Shown piece by piece: positions 37,967 through 50,419 of a stretch of DNA of 64,000 nt; positions within the stretch are counted from its first letter, which is position 1; every line of letters starts with the position of its first letter. Origin of the DNA: Octopus sinensis (taxonomy: Eukaryota); NCBI RefSeq assembly GCF_006345805.1, contig NC_043003.1:930001-994000 (forward strand), in the 5' to 3' direction. The notes beneath the pieces were generated by a model. It ran no database searches, was not told where the DNA came from, and saw only the letters and a list, made by a program, of their open reading frames with translations. The translations under genes and the position numbers were made by a program.

Positions 37967-37992
37967 ATGAAACAACTTTCGAAGCATCAACG
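37967..37992 (+). CDS. GAL3ST: First coding exon of the GAL3ST-family gene (MKQLSKHQ plus CG of a split Arg codon)
   Basis: AAAAAC-ATG context, donor CG|GTGAGT, phase 2 matching the acceptor at 47930; it supplies the short basic N-terminal tail of a type II Golgi protein. Confidence 0.7.
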
Positions 37993-38049
37993 GTGAGTCC
38001 TGGAACTCTTTGCCATTCAGGAAATGCATGCGTGTGTGCACGCATATAT

Positions 38050-38526
38050 GTATTTGTGTATGTGTATGTATGTATGTATGTATGTATGTATGTATGTATG
38101 TATGTATGTATGTATGTATGTATGTATGTGTGAGTTTGTGTGTGTGTATGTGCATATGTGTGTGTATGCATGTATGTAGTGTGTGTATGCATGTACGTAC
38201 TATGTATTTATGTATGTATATATATGAATGTATGTGATTGTTCAGTTTTATTTCAAGATTTCTTTCCCAAAGAGAAAGAACCGGTTTCTAACCTAGATTC
38301 AAGGCTCCTTCGTTGGAATTTCAACATCAATAACAGGGTATTTTTTGTATGTATGTGTGTATGTATGCATGTATGTATGTATGTATGTATGTATGTATGT
38401 ATGTATGTGTGTATGTATTTATGTATGTATGTATGAGTGTATGTATATGTATGTATGTACGTAGACATGTATGTATGTGGGTATGTATGTATGTATGTAT
38501 GTATGTATGTATGTATGTATGGTATG

Positions 38527-38557
<31 letters not shown>

Positions 38558-38635
38558 GTATGTATGTATGTATGTATGTATGTATGTATGTACTTACGTA
38601 CGAATGTATGTGCGTATGTACCTATGTATGTATGT
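38050..38635. repeat. (TATG)n microsatellite; (TTA)n at 37440-37520 and (TTC)n at 37617-37800 lie nearby
   Basis: Direct sequence. Confidence 0.95.
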
Positions 38636-38849
38636 GTGATTTATTGTCAGGGTGTTAAATTCAGGATAATAAGATCGTGGTTTCGATTTCCGGACGAGGC
38701 AGTGCTTTGTGCTCTTGAGCAAGACCCTTTATTTCTCATTTCTCCAACCAACTCAGCTGAGTCCCTTCTTCACCAGACCCTCGCATCATTCGGGGCAAAT
38801 GTTGTGATCTCTGTCACTTACGGGTCATCGAAATCGAATGAGTATCCAC

Positions 38850-39420
38850 GGCGTACAATGAAAAGGAAGGGAAATATTCATAGTATAGAAAAAAGTTTTA
38901 AAAATTTGGTGGGGAGGCAGATGACAAAGATGTCGTCCTCCTGATAAAGGATGATCTCTAGGAATAATTGAGGGACCCCACTGTCCAAAATCTCCCCGAA
39001 CACCAAGGATAAGTACCCCACCCCAGTTCCCTCTCTTTGACTCACAGCTCTACGCATAGAGAGATGCCTTTCAATCTCGCCCGACACACACTACCTCCTT
39101 CGCCATAGCCACCAGACAAAGGAGAGCTGCCTTTCCTTCCCAGCTAAAGGAAGGCGGCGGGACGATCTTCACGGTGGACTTGGCTGAGAGTCGGATCCGT
39201 CCTACATGCGACAACAGCTGTTCGACAAAGCTCCACAAGTCAGTAATGCACGGACTCTGGAAGAGTGCACGAAGAACGGTTTCGTCGCCCTGCACACACC
39301 TCATACAGGTCCGTCGGACAGCAATCCTTTCTACGAGACGATAGGGTAATTTTGCTGGGAAGTGGTGACTTTGATAGCATCTGCATCTGGCACCAAGAAT
39401 ATGGCGATCTCCTCCACCAT
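38850..39420 (-). mobile_element. L1/Tx1-like LINE C-terminal fragment
   Basis: TCMRCVQGDETVLRALFQSPCITDLWSFVEQLL resembles the C-terminal Cys/His knuckle CxxC...ETxxHxxxxC...W of L1/Tx1 ORF2, with His and Cys decayed. Confidence 0.5.
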
Positions 39421-39561
39421 TTCTGAAACTATTTAGACATTATTTGTAGTGCTATTGCGGTGAAAATGTGACAGCGAACCAGAGGTTGGTGACTTACCTG
39501 TCTAGTATAGTGTCTGTGAAAGTATGTGGCTTACTTGTCTAATATTGGGTTTGGGAAAGTA

Positions 39562-41175
39562 CAGTGGCGGCCAAAATGTTCAGAACGGCATTGTTTTCGT
39601 CAGAAAAGTAGGTATAATTTTTTATCAAAGTTGTTTTATATTCACAGACAATAAATACGATATTATTTGTTATTGCCTGAGATTTTGGTGTAATTTGAGA
39701 GGATAATACAAAAGTTATGGATGATTTAGTGATTTACTGCAAAACCTATGGCGGCCAAAATGATCAGAACGGTTGCTTTTACTCCGTGTTTTAGTATATT
39801 TAACCGGCGAACTCTAATGTTTTGAATTTGTTTATTTGACGGTTCGTTTACTAAACATTAGTAAGAATATTTGCAGTGTACTTTGTTAATATAATGCCAC
39901 TTACTCCGTTACCAATTCGTCAGCAGATTATTAAGCTTTGAAGGAAGGATAATTTAAGTATTGGATCTATTGCAAAGATTGTTAACAAGTCAAAAAGTGT
40001 TGTACACGGTATTCTTAAGGTCTACGATGATTGTGGTTCGTGTGAAGCAAGAAAGTTTACAGGTAGGCCAAGAAAAACGACCAAGAGAAGATCGTGCTAT
40101 GGTAAAGTTGGTTAAAAAGGACAGATTTAAAACTGCTGCTGCTGTTTCTCGGAAAATGAGCATTGTATTGAAGAAAACTTTATCTCGAAAAACTGTCTCG
40201 TCGTTTAGTTGAACATGACCTACAAGCAAGAGCACCTGCAGTGAAGCCACTGATCAGCTCCAAGAATAAAAAGTGTCGTCTTACCTTTGCAACCGAACAT
40301 GTTTTGTGGTCTCAAGAAAAATGGCAAACAGTGCATTTCAGAGATGAATCTAAGTTTATGCTATTTGGCTCAGATGGGAAAAAGTACGTTCGTAGAAAAG
40401 TAGGTGAAAAATTGTCGCCTAAATGCCTTAAGACTAGTGTTAAATTCGGTGGAGAAAGTGTCATGGTTTGGGGATGATATCTGGAGATGGTGTGGGCCCT
40501 TTGGTGCGATTACATGGAAAGGTAAATGCAGGAGTTTATAAACAACTTGTAAAAGATCATGTCTTGCCTGTGCTGAGAAATTCAACTAAGCGACCACCCA
40601 TATTCATGCAGGACAATGCCCCATGTCACAAGGCTAAGGTGGTCATGAACTTCCTCAAGGCTGAAAAGGTTATTGTTATGGATTGGCTGCTCAAAGCCCA
40701 GATCTCAATCCTATTGAAAATGTATGGAATATTCTAGGAGAACGTTCGAAAGCCAGAAATCCTAAAACAACTGAGCAATTATGGAATGCCCTTCAGGAAG
40801 AATGGAATAAGATCACCCAGCAAGAAATTGAAAATTTAATTTCCTCATGCAGTCGAAGATGTCAGAGTGTGATTGAAGCTAAAGGGCTTCACACTAAATA
40901 TTAAATAATTCCAGTATTCTCTGTCACTTTTTGATTATTTTGTTATTTTTTCAACCGTTCTGATCATTTTGGCCGCCATGGGTTTTGCAGTAAATCACTA
41001 AATCATCCATAACTTTTGTATTATCCTCTCAAATTACACCAAAATCTCAGACAATAACAATTAATATTGTATTTATTGTCTGTGAAAATTAAAGAATATA
41101 AAACAACTTTGATAAAAACTTATACCTACTTTTCTGACGAAAACAATGCCGTTCTGAACATTTTGGCCGCAACTG
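39562..41175 (+). mobile_element. Tc1-family (DD34E) transposon with ~215-bp IR/DR-type TIRs; transposase (~39900-40904) frameshifted
   Basis: TA|CAGTGGCGGCCAAAATGTTCAGAACGG at the left end and its inverse at the right; inner direct repeats near 39745 and 40952; motifs FRDESKF, GGESVMVWG, FMQDNAPCH, SPDLNPIENVW. Confidence 0.95.
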
Positions 41176-41779
41176 TGTGTACTAAATTTGTCTTTCCATT
41201 GTTGCCGTTGTAATTATTTCTCAGCAGGACTTTTTTTATTTTACAATGTGACAGAAACGTTCTATTTTAAGAAGTTTCAACAAGTTTATTTATTGCCAGT
41301 TTAAATTTTTCACTCTTACCTAATACTTCAAGGATAAATCATTTTTATCTACTAAAAGGCAATAACAAATCTTAGTTACATTTCATGACTACGTTTTGAG
41401 TATAAGGTTATTAAATAACTATAACTATGTTTAACTTCCTAAAACAAAACTGAAATTGTATGTAGCAAAGATTTTGGAGGAATTGAATAGGGGTATCCAT
41501 GAACGTCAATCTGATCCTTCTGAAGAGAAAATATCAAATAATTGTTTATTAGATTAAATGTTGGTTATTCTATTTTAACCTACTGTCAAAGTAAAATATG
41601 ATATATTTTGGAGCATTGTTGCGTCTGAGGTGTTTAATCTATTGTGAGCACAAGGACCAGGATTCTGCTGGTGTAGGTGGGGTCCGGTATTTATATGCGT
41701 CAATCCTCAGTGTATTTTCTTGTGTGTGGTCAGAGCGCACAGATGGGGAATGTTTCTTAGTACAAAGGCCTCATTCGCG

Positions 41780-42125
41780 GAATTTGACATGTCAACAAAC
41801 TTAATGGATTGACATGTCAGTGGACTATTGTGTCAGCAGATTAACATTTCACTGAATCAACATGTCAGCGGATTATCATGGAAACGGATTAACATGTCAG
41901 CGGATTGTCATGGCAACGGATTGTCATGTCAGCAGATTGTCATGGCAACGGATTGACATGTCAGCGGAATGTCGTGTCAGCGGACTATCGTGTCAGCAGA
42001 TTAACATGTCACCGAATCAACATGTCAGCGGTTTGTCATGGCAACAGATTGACATGTTAGCTGATTGCCGTGTCAGCAGATTAACATGTCAGTGAATCGA
42101 CATGTCAGCGGATTGTCATGTCATA
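41780..42125. repeat. Degenerate ~16-bp minisatellite (ACATGTCAGCGGATTG / TCATGGCAACGGATTG)
   Basis: Direct sequence. Confidence 0.85.
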
Positions 42126-43221
42126 GGACGCATAATCCGGCATTCCTATGACTCGTTCCCCAACAATTATACGATAAAGAGTATCCACCTTCGGCCCTTG
42201 ACATCCAGTTGGAATTCATACAAAGAGCAATATAGAGGCTCACCCTCCACCTTAATCTAAACTAAACTATATATTCTTAATGCAAATACAGCATTGATAG
42301 GACAATTACTGTGGTTTTCGTCCTGAGATAACATCTCTTCTTATGCTGTTGCAGCGATTATAGACTTTAGTAAGCCTAACGTAACAGTCCTGTCGGCTGT
42401 CTTTTGTTTATGTCTTACACTTTTTCATTGGTCAATTTTATTGTTCATACACCGATTCTAGTCTCCGTGCTTTTTTAATGGAGAAAGGTGTCTAGATTCG
42501 GGTTTACGGCAGTTATTTAAGGTCAGATTTTTGGGAAATTATTAAGTGACCCTTGGTTGCCTCACGGAACCTTGTCACTCATTTCTGCTTTGCTATTTTG
42601 CATTGTTCATTCTTTATGACCTTATGCCATGCTATTCTCAACCTGTTAGTGTAGTCTCAAGAACTAGCTAAACACATTCATCCTGTCGCCATTCTCGCGA
42701 CGGATACCTTTTTAAACTGTTTATAATATCGACTACAATTTCTCCATCATGATTCTGTCGTGATGAATTCACTGTTTATATTTTTACTACTTTCTGTAAA
42801 TAAACGATTGGTGTTAAATCCAGTCCGTTCTTCTCTTTTGTACAATGTGTACGAACTCTCATCCTATATTAATAAGGAAAAATTAATTAGTTCAAGATTA
42901 ATTTGCATGCACCCCTACAGAGATATACTCAAGCCTTTGTCAACGCGAGAAAATGCAGTCAACCCGGTACGACGAAACTAAATAACATTTTCAGAGTAAC
43001 CACGACTTCTTAAATTTACTTTCACAGATATTTTCATCTCGCTTTTGAGCACACTTTATAATCCTATTTCGACTGTCATCTAACCGTGCTAGTGAAATGT
43101 CGGTTTTCTCCAACAGACATGCTGAACACGGCTAAGAGCGTATATTACATACATGCGTTCTGCATACACCTCTATACTCCTTCTCGCAACTCGGGCATCA
43201 AGACACAGCGACGTTTACCTA

Positions 43222-43575
43222 TATACTCTTTTATTTGTTTCAGTCATTTGACTGCGGCCATGATGGAGCACCGTCTTTAGTCGAGCAAATCGACCCCAGG
43301 ACTTATTCTTTGTAAGCCTAGTACTTATTCTATCGGTTTTCTTCTATCGAACCGCTAAGTTATCGGTTGTTAAGCGATGTTGGGGGAACAAACAGACACA
43401 CAAACACATACACACACATACATATACGTCGGGCTTCTTGCGGTTTCCGTCTACTAAATCCACTCACAAAGCTTTGGTCGGGCCGAACACTTGCCCAAGG
43501 TGTCACGCAGCGAGACTGAACTCGGGACCATGTGGTTGGTAAGCAAGCTACTTACCACAGAGCCACTCCTTCACC
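43222..43575 (-). mobile_element. Family C SINE
   Basis: Tail, centre and head motifs. Confidence 0.8.
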
Positions 43576-43987
43576 TGCATAATTATACTCAATGAACGAT
43601 CGTAACTTGTAACCTATCAAAATGCCGCCAGACCTAATGTTTATAAATGGTGACATATATACCTGTAACAGTAAAAAGTTATAGTTAGTGACAACATGAC
43701 ATTCAGAGCGGTTATACTCTTATACACGTACTGCGTTAAAAACACGATAATTATCGGAGGTGGACGAAAAATCGCCAAGCAGCCGTCAGCGGGAGCACCA
43801 GATGCATTTCGGCCCTTTGAAGCTTCTTGCAGTTAGCCCCACGCTCGGACAAGAGTTTGTCGCTTCTGATGAAAGAAGCAGGAAATAAAACATTTTCTAA
43901 TATTGCGAAAATACACTAAACCAACGATAAACCCACTGGATAATTCGTCTCCCCGTTTGTCGTGTAATCCTGTCAGACTCAGACACC

Positions 43988-44049
43988 ACCTGTATCTATA
44001 ACCTGTTTCATCACCTGTATCTATAACCTGTTTCATCACCTGTATCTAC
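43988..44049. repeat. 25-bp tandem repeat, about 2.5 copies (ACCTGTATCTATAACCTGTTTCATC)
   Basis: Units start at 43988, 44013 and 44038. Confidence 0.9.
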
Positions 44050-45155
44050 GAATACAAATTTCTCATCCTTTGTCTTTAGTCTATCACCGCTCTGCACGTT
44101 ACACAACAGCAATATGCTAACTTGGACGAGTAACACTTCCCTACCTTCATTCGCCCCAGGGGCAAAGACGAAAGAGCCAAGCAAGTTTCTGTTAACATAG
44201 AAATTGTGTTTTCCGTGTTTTAAGCTTTGGATATTTTGATTTTTCGGTCTTCTGGCGTTAGGCCTTATGACCATTCTTGACCGACACATACACCGTCCAG
44301 ACATAATTGATTTCTCCTTTACCTGCAAATCCAACCGTTAGGAAGTCTTTCTTCCCCAGTCACAACGTAATCACCCCTACCTAGCACCTCTACAGACTAC
44401 GTACCACGAAACCTGTGGCACTTTAAGCGAGATAACTGGTCGAAGTTCCTTCAGATTTACGCTAATAACCCCTGGCAGCAAATGTGCCTTACTCCTGATC
44501 ACTCCAAGATCACCAGACAAGTGATTTGAAACTGTTCTCTTAAGTATGGCCCTTCGCAACTCTCGCATTGGGAACTACCATAAAGACCACATCGTAGCAG
44601 TGTTCAAAGCCAGGAATAGATTTGCATATTCAACAATGCACCCGTTCATCATGAGATTGAGTTTTCCCTTCAAAATATTCATAACTGTTGTTTGAAATGC
44701 TTTGCAGGTGTATTTACATATACCAAGTCCCCGGAGGGCCCGGTATACACTGTGAATGTATTATATGCTAAATGCAGAACTTTCTTCACCAGATGTAACA
44801 GACAGATAAAATTTAGATACCGAGGGGAAATTTATCATTGAGTGAAATTGTTATATTTTGTTCTCAACAAAAAAAAGAAGAAAGAAAATTTTTGCCTTTG
44901 GGTAGCAAATGTCATTTCCTATTTGTTTATCCCTAAAAAGTATGAAAAGTGGTTAATATTTCCTTCAAACTTTACTTTTGTTACATTTATTCAAACCCCA
45001 AAGAACTCCAGGTCACAAAAGCAAAGTTTGAAGAGGATAGAGGTCGGTCCTATGATTTCTTGATAGAAGCAAATAGAAAAAAGTACTTACTGATCAATGA
45101 CAAAAATATTAAAAAAATAATAATTGTCACTCAGTGTTATTGCATTTACACGATG

Positions 45156-45760
45156 TAAGGCGTCGAGCTGGCTGAGTCATAAGCAGGCCGGGCGAAATGC
45201 TTAGCGATATTTCGTCTGCCGTTTCGTTCTGAGTTCAAATTCCGCCGAGGTCGACTTTGCCTTTCATCCTTTCGAGACTGATAATTTAAGTACCAGTTAC
45301 GCACTGGGGTCGATATAATCGACTTAATCCGTGTGTCTGTCCTTGTTTGTCCTCTCTGTGTTTAGCCCCTTGTGGGTAGTAAAGAAATAGGTATTTCGTC
45401 TGCCGCTACGTTCTGAGTTCAAATTCCGCCGAGGTCGACTTTGCCTTTTATCCTTTCGGGGTCGATAAATTAAGTATCAGTTACGTACTGGGGGCGATCT
45501 AATCGACTGGCCCCTCCCCCAAAATTTCGGGCCTTGTGCCTAATGTAGAAAAGAAAAGAATCGTTAGCATACCGGGCGAAATGCTTAGCGCTATTTCGTC
45601 TGTTTTTACGTTCTGAGTTCAAATTTCGTCAAAGTCGACTTTGCTTTCCATCCTTTCGGGGTCGATAAAATAAGTACCTGTTGCATACTGAGGTCGATCT
45701 AATCGACTGGCCTTTCCCGCCAAATTTCAGGCCTTGTACCTATAATAGAATGGATTATAA
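45156..45760 (+). mobile_element. Three head-to-tail family A SINE copies with two different tail types
   Basis: Repeated GTATTTCGTCTG...GAGTTCAAATTCCGCCGAGGTCGAC. Confidence 0.85.
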
Positions 45761-45828
45761 TTATACGACGAACATATTGCCTCATTGTTTGGTTGATGAA
45801 AGCTTGAAATCAACGAACAATGATGGTA

Positions 45829-47121
45829 CGAGGGACGTTCAATAAGTAATGCCTCTGACCCACTTGCAGTTGTTTGATCTAGCTAAAATTGTGCATGTGC
45901 AATCATTTATATCTCTATAGAGTAAGTGGCAAATTACAGCACTGAATTAATTGTGGTTTCTGATTTACAGGTGTTTGAACCGAGTCAAGTGTTAAATGGA
46001 GCCTGTTGAGTGTCGAGCAGTAATCCGGTTTTTGTATTTGAAAGGACGCACACCACGGGAGACTTTTGATGAAATGAAAGTAACTTATGGTGATGATGCC
46101 CCATCATATGACCTTGTAAAACGCTGGCATCGTGAATTCAAACATGGTCGGAACTCTGTGGAAACAGCTCCCAGATCTGGTCGACCTCTCTTATGCCATT
46201 GATGAGGCATCTGTCCGTCAAGTTGAGGCTGCCATTTTGGAAGATCGACACATAACTATTCGCCAAATAGCCCATGAGGTCAAGATTAGTATCGGGTCTG
46301 TGGAAACTATCATTCATGACCATTTGCATATGCAAAAGGTATCTGCCAGATGGATTCCCAGGCTGCTCACGCCTTTCCAGAAGCAAGAACACGTCGAGTG
46401 CTCGAGGGTGAATTTGGAGATGTGCCAAGAAGATGAGTCAAAATTTTTCAAAAGACTGATTACACAGGATGAAACCTGGGTCCATCACGATGATCCAGAG
46501 ACCAAAGCCCAGTCAATGCAGTGGAAGCACCGTGACTCACCCCCTCCAAAGAAGGCAAGGGTGCAGCCCTCCGCTGGCAAGGTCATGCTCACAGTCTTCT
46601 GGGACCAAGAAGGAGTAGTGATGACAGATTTCCTGGCAAAGGGTACCACAATTGCAGGAGCCTATTATGCTTCACTTTTGAGGAAAATAAGAGAAGTTAT
46701 CAAAATCAAGAGGCGGGGCAAGATCAGCAAAGGCATCCTCCTCCTGCAGGACAACGCTCCGGTCCACAACTCGCTTGTCGCCAGATCAGAAGCACAGGCG
46801 TATGGCTATGAACTCCTCCCCCATCCCCCTACTTTCCTGACCTTGCACCTTCTGATTTTCACCTCTTCCCAGTCATGAAGTTGTTTTTGAAAGGAAAGCG
46901 TTTCCCAGATGATGCAGCCTTGATTTCTGAAGTCGCGTTCAGGTTGGAGGACCAAGCTGGGGTCTTCTATAAAAACGGTCTCCAGAGCTGCATCAAACAA
47001 TGGTAGAAATGCGTAACTCTGGGTGGTTGCTATGTAGAAAAAGACTAATAACTGTGCCAAGTTTCGTTGCTCTACTGCTATGGGAAGTGGGTCAGGGGCA
47101 TTACTTATTGAACGCCCCTCG
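45829..47121 (+). mobile_element. Mariner (DD34D) transposon, full length (1293 bp); transposase 45996-~47005 with frameshifts
   Basis: 37-bp TIR CGAGGG(A/G)CGTTCAATAAGTAATGCC(T/C)CTGACCCACTT with TA on both sides; motifs RSGRP, ARWIPRLLT, QDETWVHH, LQDNAPVH and a broken PYSPDLAPSDF. Confidence 0.95.
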
Positions 47122-47156
47122 TATGTTATTTTTTATTATTAAAATAAAATCTTTTT

Positions 47157-47542
47157 ATACAAACTTAAGACCAGCTTAAACATGTTTGAGGGATATTTGA
47201 ACCTGTAAATGCTTTTCGCTGAAGTTTGTTGTGGAGAAAAAATTTCGTTAATACAAAAAGGTGTGAGAACACCTTACCCAGTTCAAAACGCCCTCTGGTG
47301 GATGCATTTCGAACTCGTTAGTTCTCCTCAATACCAGATACCAAGAGGGGCAACTCTGAACTGGCTAAAAAGCTTGGCTTCTTTTATCGGAAATCAGTCA
47401 ATATTATTGTGTCATGGCTGCTTTATGGTTAAGCGAGAATTTTTTTAAGCGAGAATTGTTTACTCCACGATGAACCGCAATGAAAAACCTTTACATGTTC
47501 AAATACTTCTTAAACATATTTGAACTGGTCTTAGTTTTGTAT
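47157..47542. mobile_element. Old MITE with decayed ~55-bp TIRs
   Basis: ATACAAACTTAAGACCAGCTTAAACATGTTTGAG versus the inverse AATACAAAACTAAGACCAGTTCAAATATGTTTAAG. Confidence 0.55.
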
Positions 47543-47929
47543 TCTTCTCGTTGCTGCTTCGTGCGCCTACTTACGAAAGTCTTTTTGTGTCCATTTCCAT
47601 AAGAAATTTTTATTCTCACCTTGAAGTGGTAAAACCTCATTTTGACGTCATTAATTTTACGAAGTCTCTTTCACATCAAAGTAAAATCTATTCACTTAGA
47701 ATTACAAATATTTTCACCTCCGCCAATTCAATGTAAAGGTAGTTTGATGTTTTCGCCTATTGCCATCTTATTTTAATGAATTTCTTGTACTCTGATGAAA
47801 TTCACGAACATCCTTGCTCCTTTTTTAAAGAATTTATGAGTAGTTAAAACGTAATCTGTGTTTTATAATGACTGATGATGTTTCTCATTGTCGTTTTACG
47901 TGATATCTCTGTTATTTCCTCTCTTTCAG

Positions 47930-49013
47930 GTATCTTCTAACTGGAATGATTTCGACATCGGTATTTCTGTGGTTCTACCTTTCTGATAACCAAGCTAAAC
48001 TAGAAACGATACTCGGACCTAAATGTGCCGCTCGAACTCATGTCGTTTTTGTAAAAACACACAAAACTGCCAGTTCAACCGTGACAAACATCATCCAGAG
48101 ATTCGGATTAAAACATCACCTTAGCTTTGTACTCCCGAAATACCCGGAGAATTATTTATGGTTCGATAGTAATGCCTTTATCGATCGCTTGCTTCCACAT
48201 CCCAATGGCACAGATAAAAAATTTGATTTGTTGTGTAATCACGCAATTTATAACAGGTTTGCCATAACAAAACTGATGCATAATAACACTGCATACATAA
48301 CAATCTTGCGTCATCCAGTGAATCAGTTTTTGTCAGCATTTTACTTTTATCGTACCGTGTACAAAATCCCGTATTTAGTCCGTATACCTGGACCCAATCC
48401 AGTTGAGGAATATTTGAAAGATCCTGCGAAATATGAACCCGTATCAAACTATGCTTCCTATACAAACAACAGAATGACAATTGATCTTGGTATTCCAAGA
48501 CTAGTTTTCGACCAGCCTGCGCTATTGACTGGTTTTATTAATAAAATTGATGAAGAGTTTGATTTTGTGATGATAATGGAGTATTTTGCTGAGTCGCTGG
48601 TTTTGTTGAAGCGTCTGATGTGTTGGAGAATGGAAGACATTATCTCCATGAGAATGAACATATTTGATAAGGATGAAGTCAACATGCCACTGAAAGCTGG
48701 AATGTTCAACAGTATTAAAAAATGGGCTCATGCCGATCTTGAATTGTATGAATATTTTTACCGAAAGTTTTGGAGGAGAATAAACCAGATGAAACAAGAT
48801 TTTTGGAGAGAAGTTGAAATCTTTAAAGAAATACAGCTGAAAGTTGAAAATTACTGCCTGAATTTAAATGCATCTCAAGATTTGCTTCTGATTGATGGAA
48901 GTGAATGGAATGATAGATTTTTGGTCAGCAATGAAACGTGTAAACTGTTAAATATGAAAGAAGTGAAATTCATGAATTATCTGAGGACTCAGCAGAAAAT
49001 TGATGTAAACTGA
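47930..49013 (+). CDS. GAL3ST: Galactose-3-O-sulfotransferase (GAL3ST / cerebroside sulfotransferase family), main coding exon; predicted spliced protein 369 aa
   Basis: Uninterrupted ORF; acceptor TTTCCTCTCTTTCAG|G; signal anchor YLLTGMISTSVFLWFYL; PAPS-binding motifs VFVKTHKTASSTVTNI and YITILRHPVNQFLSAFYFY; family motif EEFDFVMIMEYFAESLVLLKRLMCW. The paralogue cannot be assigned from this sequence. Confidence 0.93.
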
Positions 49014-50419
49014 TTTAAACTACCGTTTAATTGATATTAGAAGAGTAATTGTACGTGATTAATAATTAATAACGTACGTTAGTAATCGAAAAAATGTACT
49101 CGCTTTGTAAAAAAGGTAGCAGGACATTTGGTGGTCACGAAACAGAATTGTAAGCTAAAGAAAGTCGATGTTGTTTAAGGATTTATTACTTTATGTTTCC
49201 GCGTGGGATGTGTTGTGTAGAGTAGAGGTAAGATTCCTATGAGGCAGGCCTGCAGTTCTGTTTCGAATCCCGCTAGAAATTATTTCCTTTACACCATGGG
49301 TTCCCACCAAAGTGAGAAAAAAAAAAAAAAAAAGGCATAAGCCAAATCACTTTCTCTCAATTTCTAATGATTTTAGTGTAAACATGTTGACATTGATGAG
49401 CTGAATCGAAGTTTTCGTAGTTCGGGATCTTATTTAGAAAGGTGAATGCTGTAAATGTAAACTAAGGCTGTGGAACCGATAATCTTGCGTTGATTTTAAT
49501 TTCCATTCATAAATGGTTAAAATTCGTGAGAAGCTTGTCTCTACTCTGCAACACTCGTCATCAGACATCAAGCTTTATACAAATACATTAAAAACGTGGC
49601 ATGAGCTCCAGGACACACCAGTCATATCAACAAATTCGCCAATTGTTCGGCGATGGTCCTCCAAGAAAGATCAGTTCATGAATTTTCACGATGTTTTCAT
49701 TCGTTCGGGAGGTCGACGGTTGTCCTGAACGAGGTTGGTCCTCAATCAACGAGTGACCGTTCCTAAAGCGTAGAACCCACTCCTAAGCACGCTGTTCTTT
49801 CGTTTCAGCCATCGCAAAAATCGACGAACAGAGGAGAAGCACTGCAAGACAAAGACGTACCAGGTGGCAGTACGACCTCATACGACGTCGCCGGTTGGCA
49901 GACTGATGCCTGGGGGTCGCACCAAGTAGATTCTAGCAGCGGAAGCCCAAACTACAACGAGTTTGTCCCACTGAGAACGTTTCCGATTGCCACCTCGTAT
50001 ACTGGTAAATAAAATAGTGAGATAGCAAAGATCACAAATAACAAAATACATATATTGGCCTGGTTTAAAAGAAAAATACACGATCCACAAGTACAGATAT
50101 ACGCAATACTGTAATATTTCTATAGAGAGACGCATAAGTATTCGCACTAATTTCAATAAAGGAAGACTACGAATTGTATTAGAGTTTATTTCTATGCTAG
50201 ATCCATGAATTGGTTGAAACTAGGCTAAATGTGTAGCTGCAGTTCAGTTGCGAACAGGGTCCGTCAGTGTCACCAATGTGTCGTCATCAGGTTGCAGGCA
50301 AACTTCTGATGATGGGCCAAGAACGGGATTCTCAAGTGATGAAGTGGCACTACGAGAGAGGGGCATTTTTGAAGACTTCTTCAAGTGTCATCTGTCTCAG
50401 CATAGGTTTCTGTCCAAGC

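Noticed and set aside
43790-43880. GAAA-UGCAU-C palindrome on - and CTGATGA on + as a hammerhead
   Set aside because: The two core halves are on opposite strands and there is no stem I partner.
44130-44620. Possible endonuclease-region remnant of an I/Jockey-type LINE (IIDFSF, FKRDNWSKF)
   Set aside because: The similarity is too fragmentary to call without a profile search.
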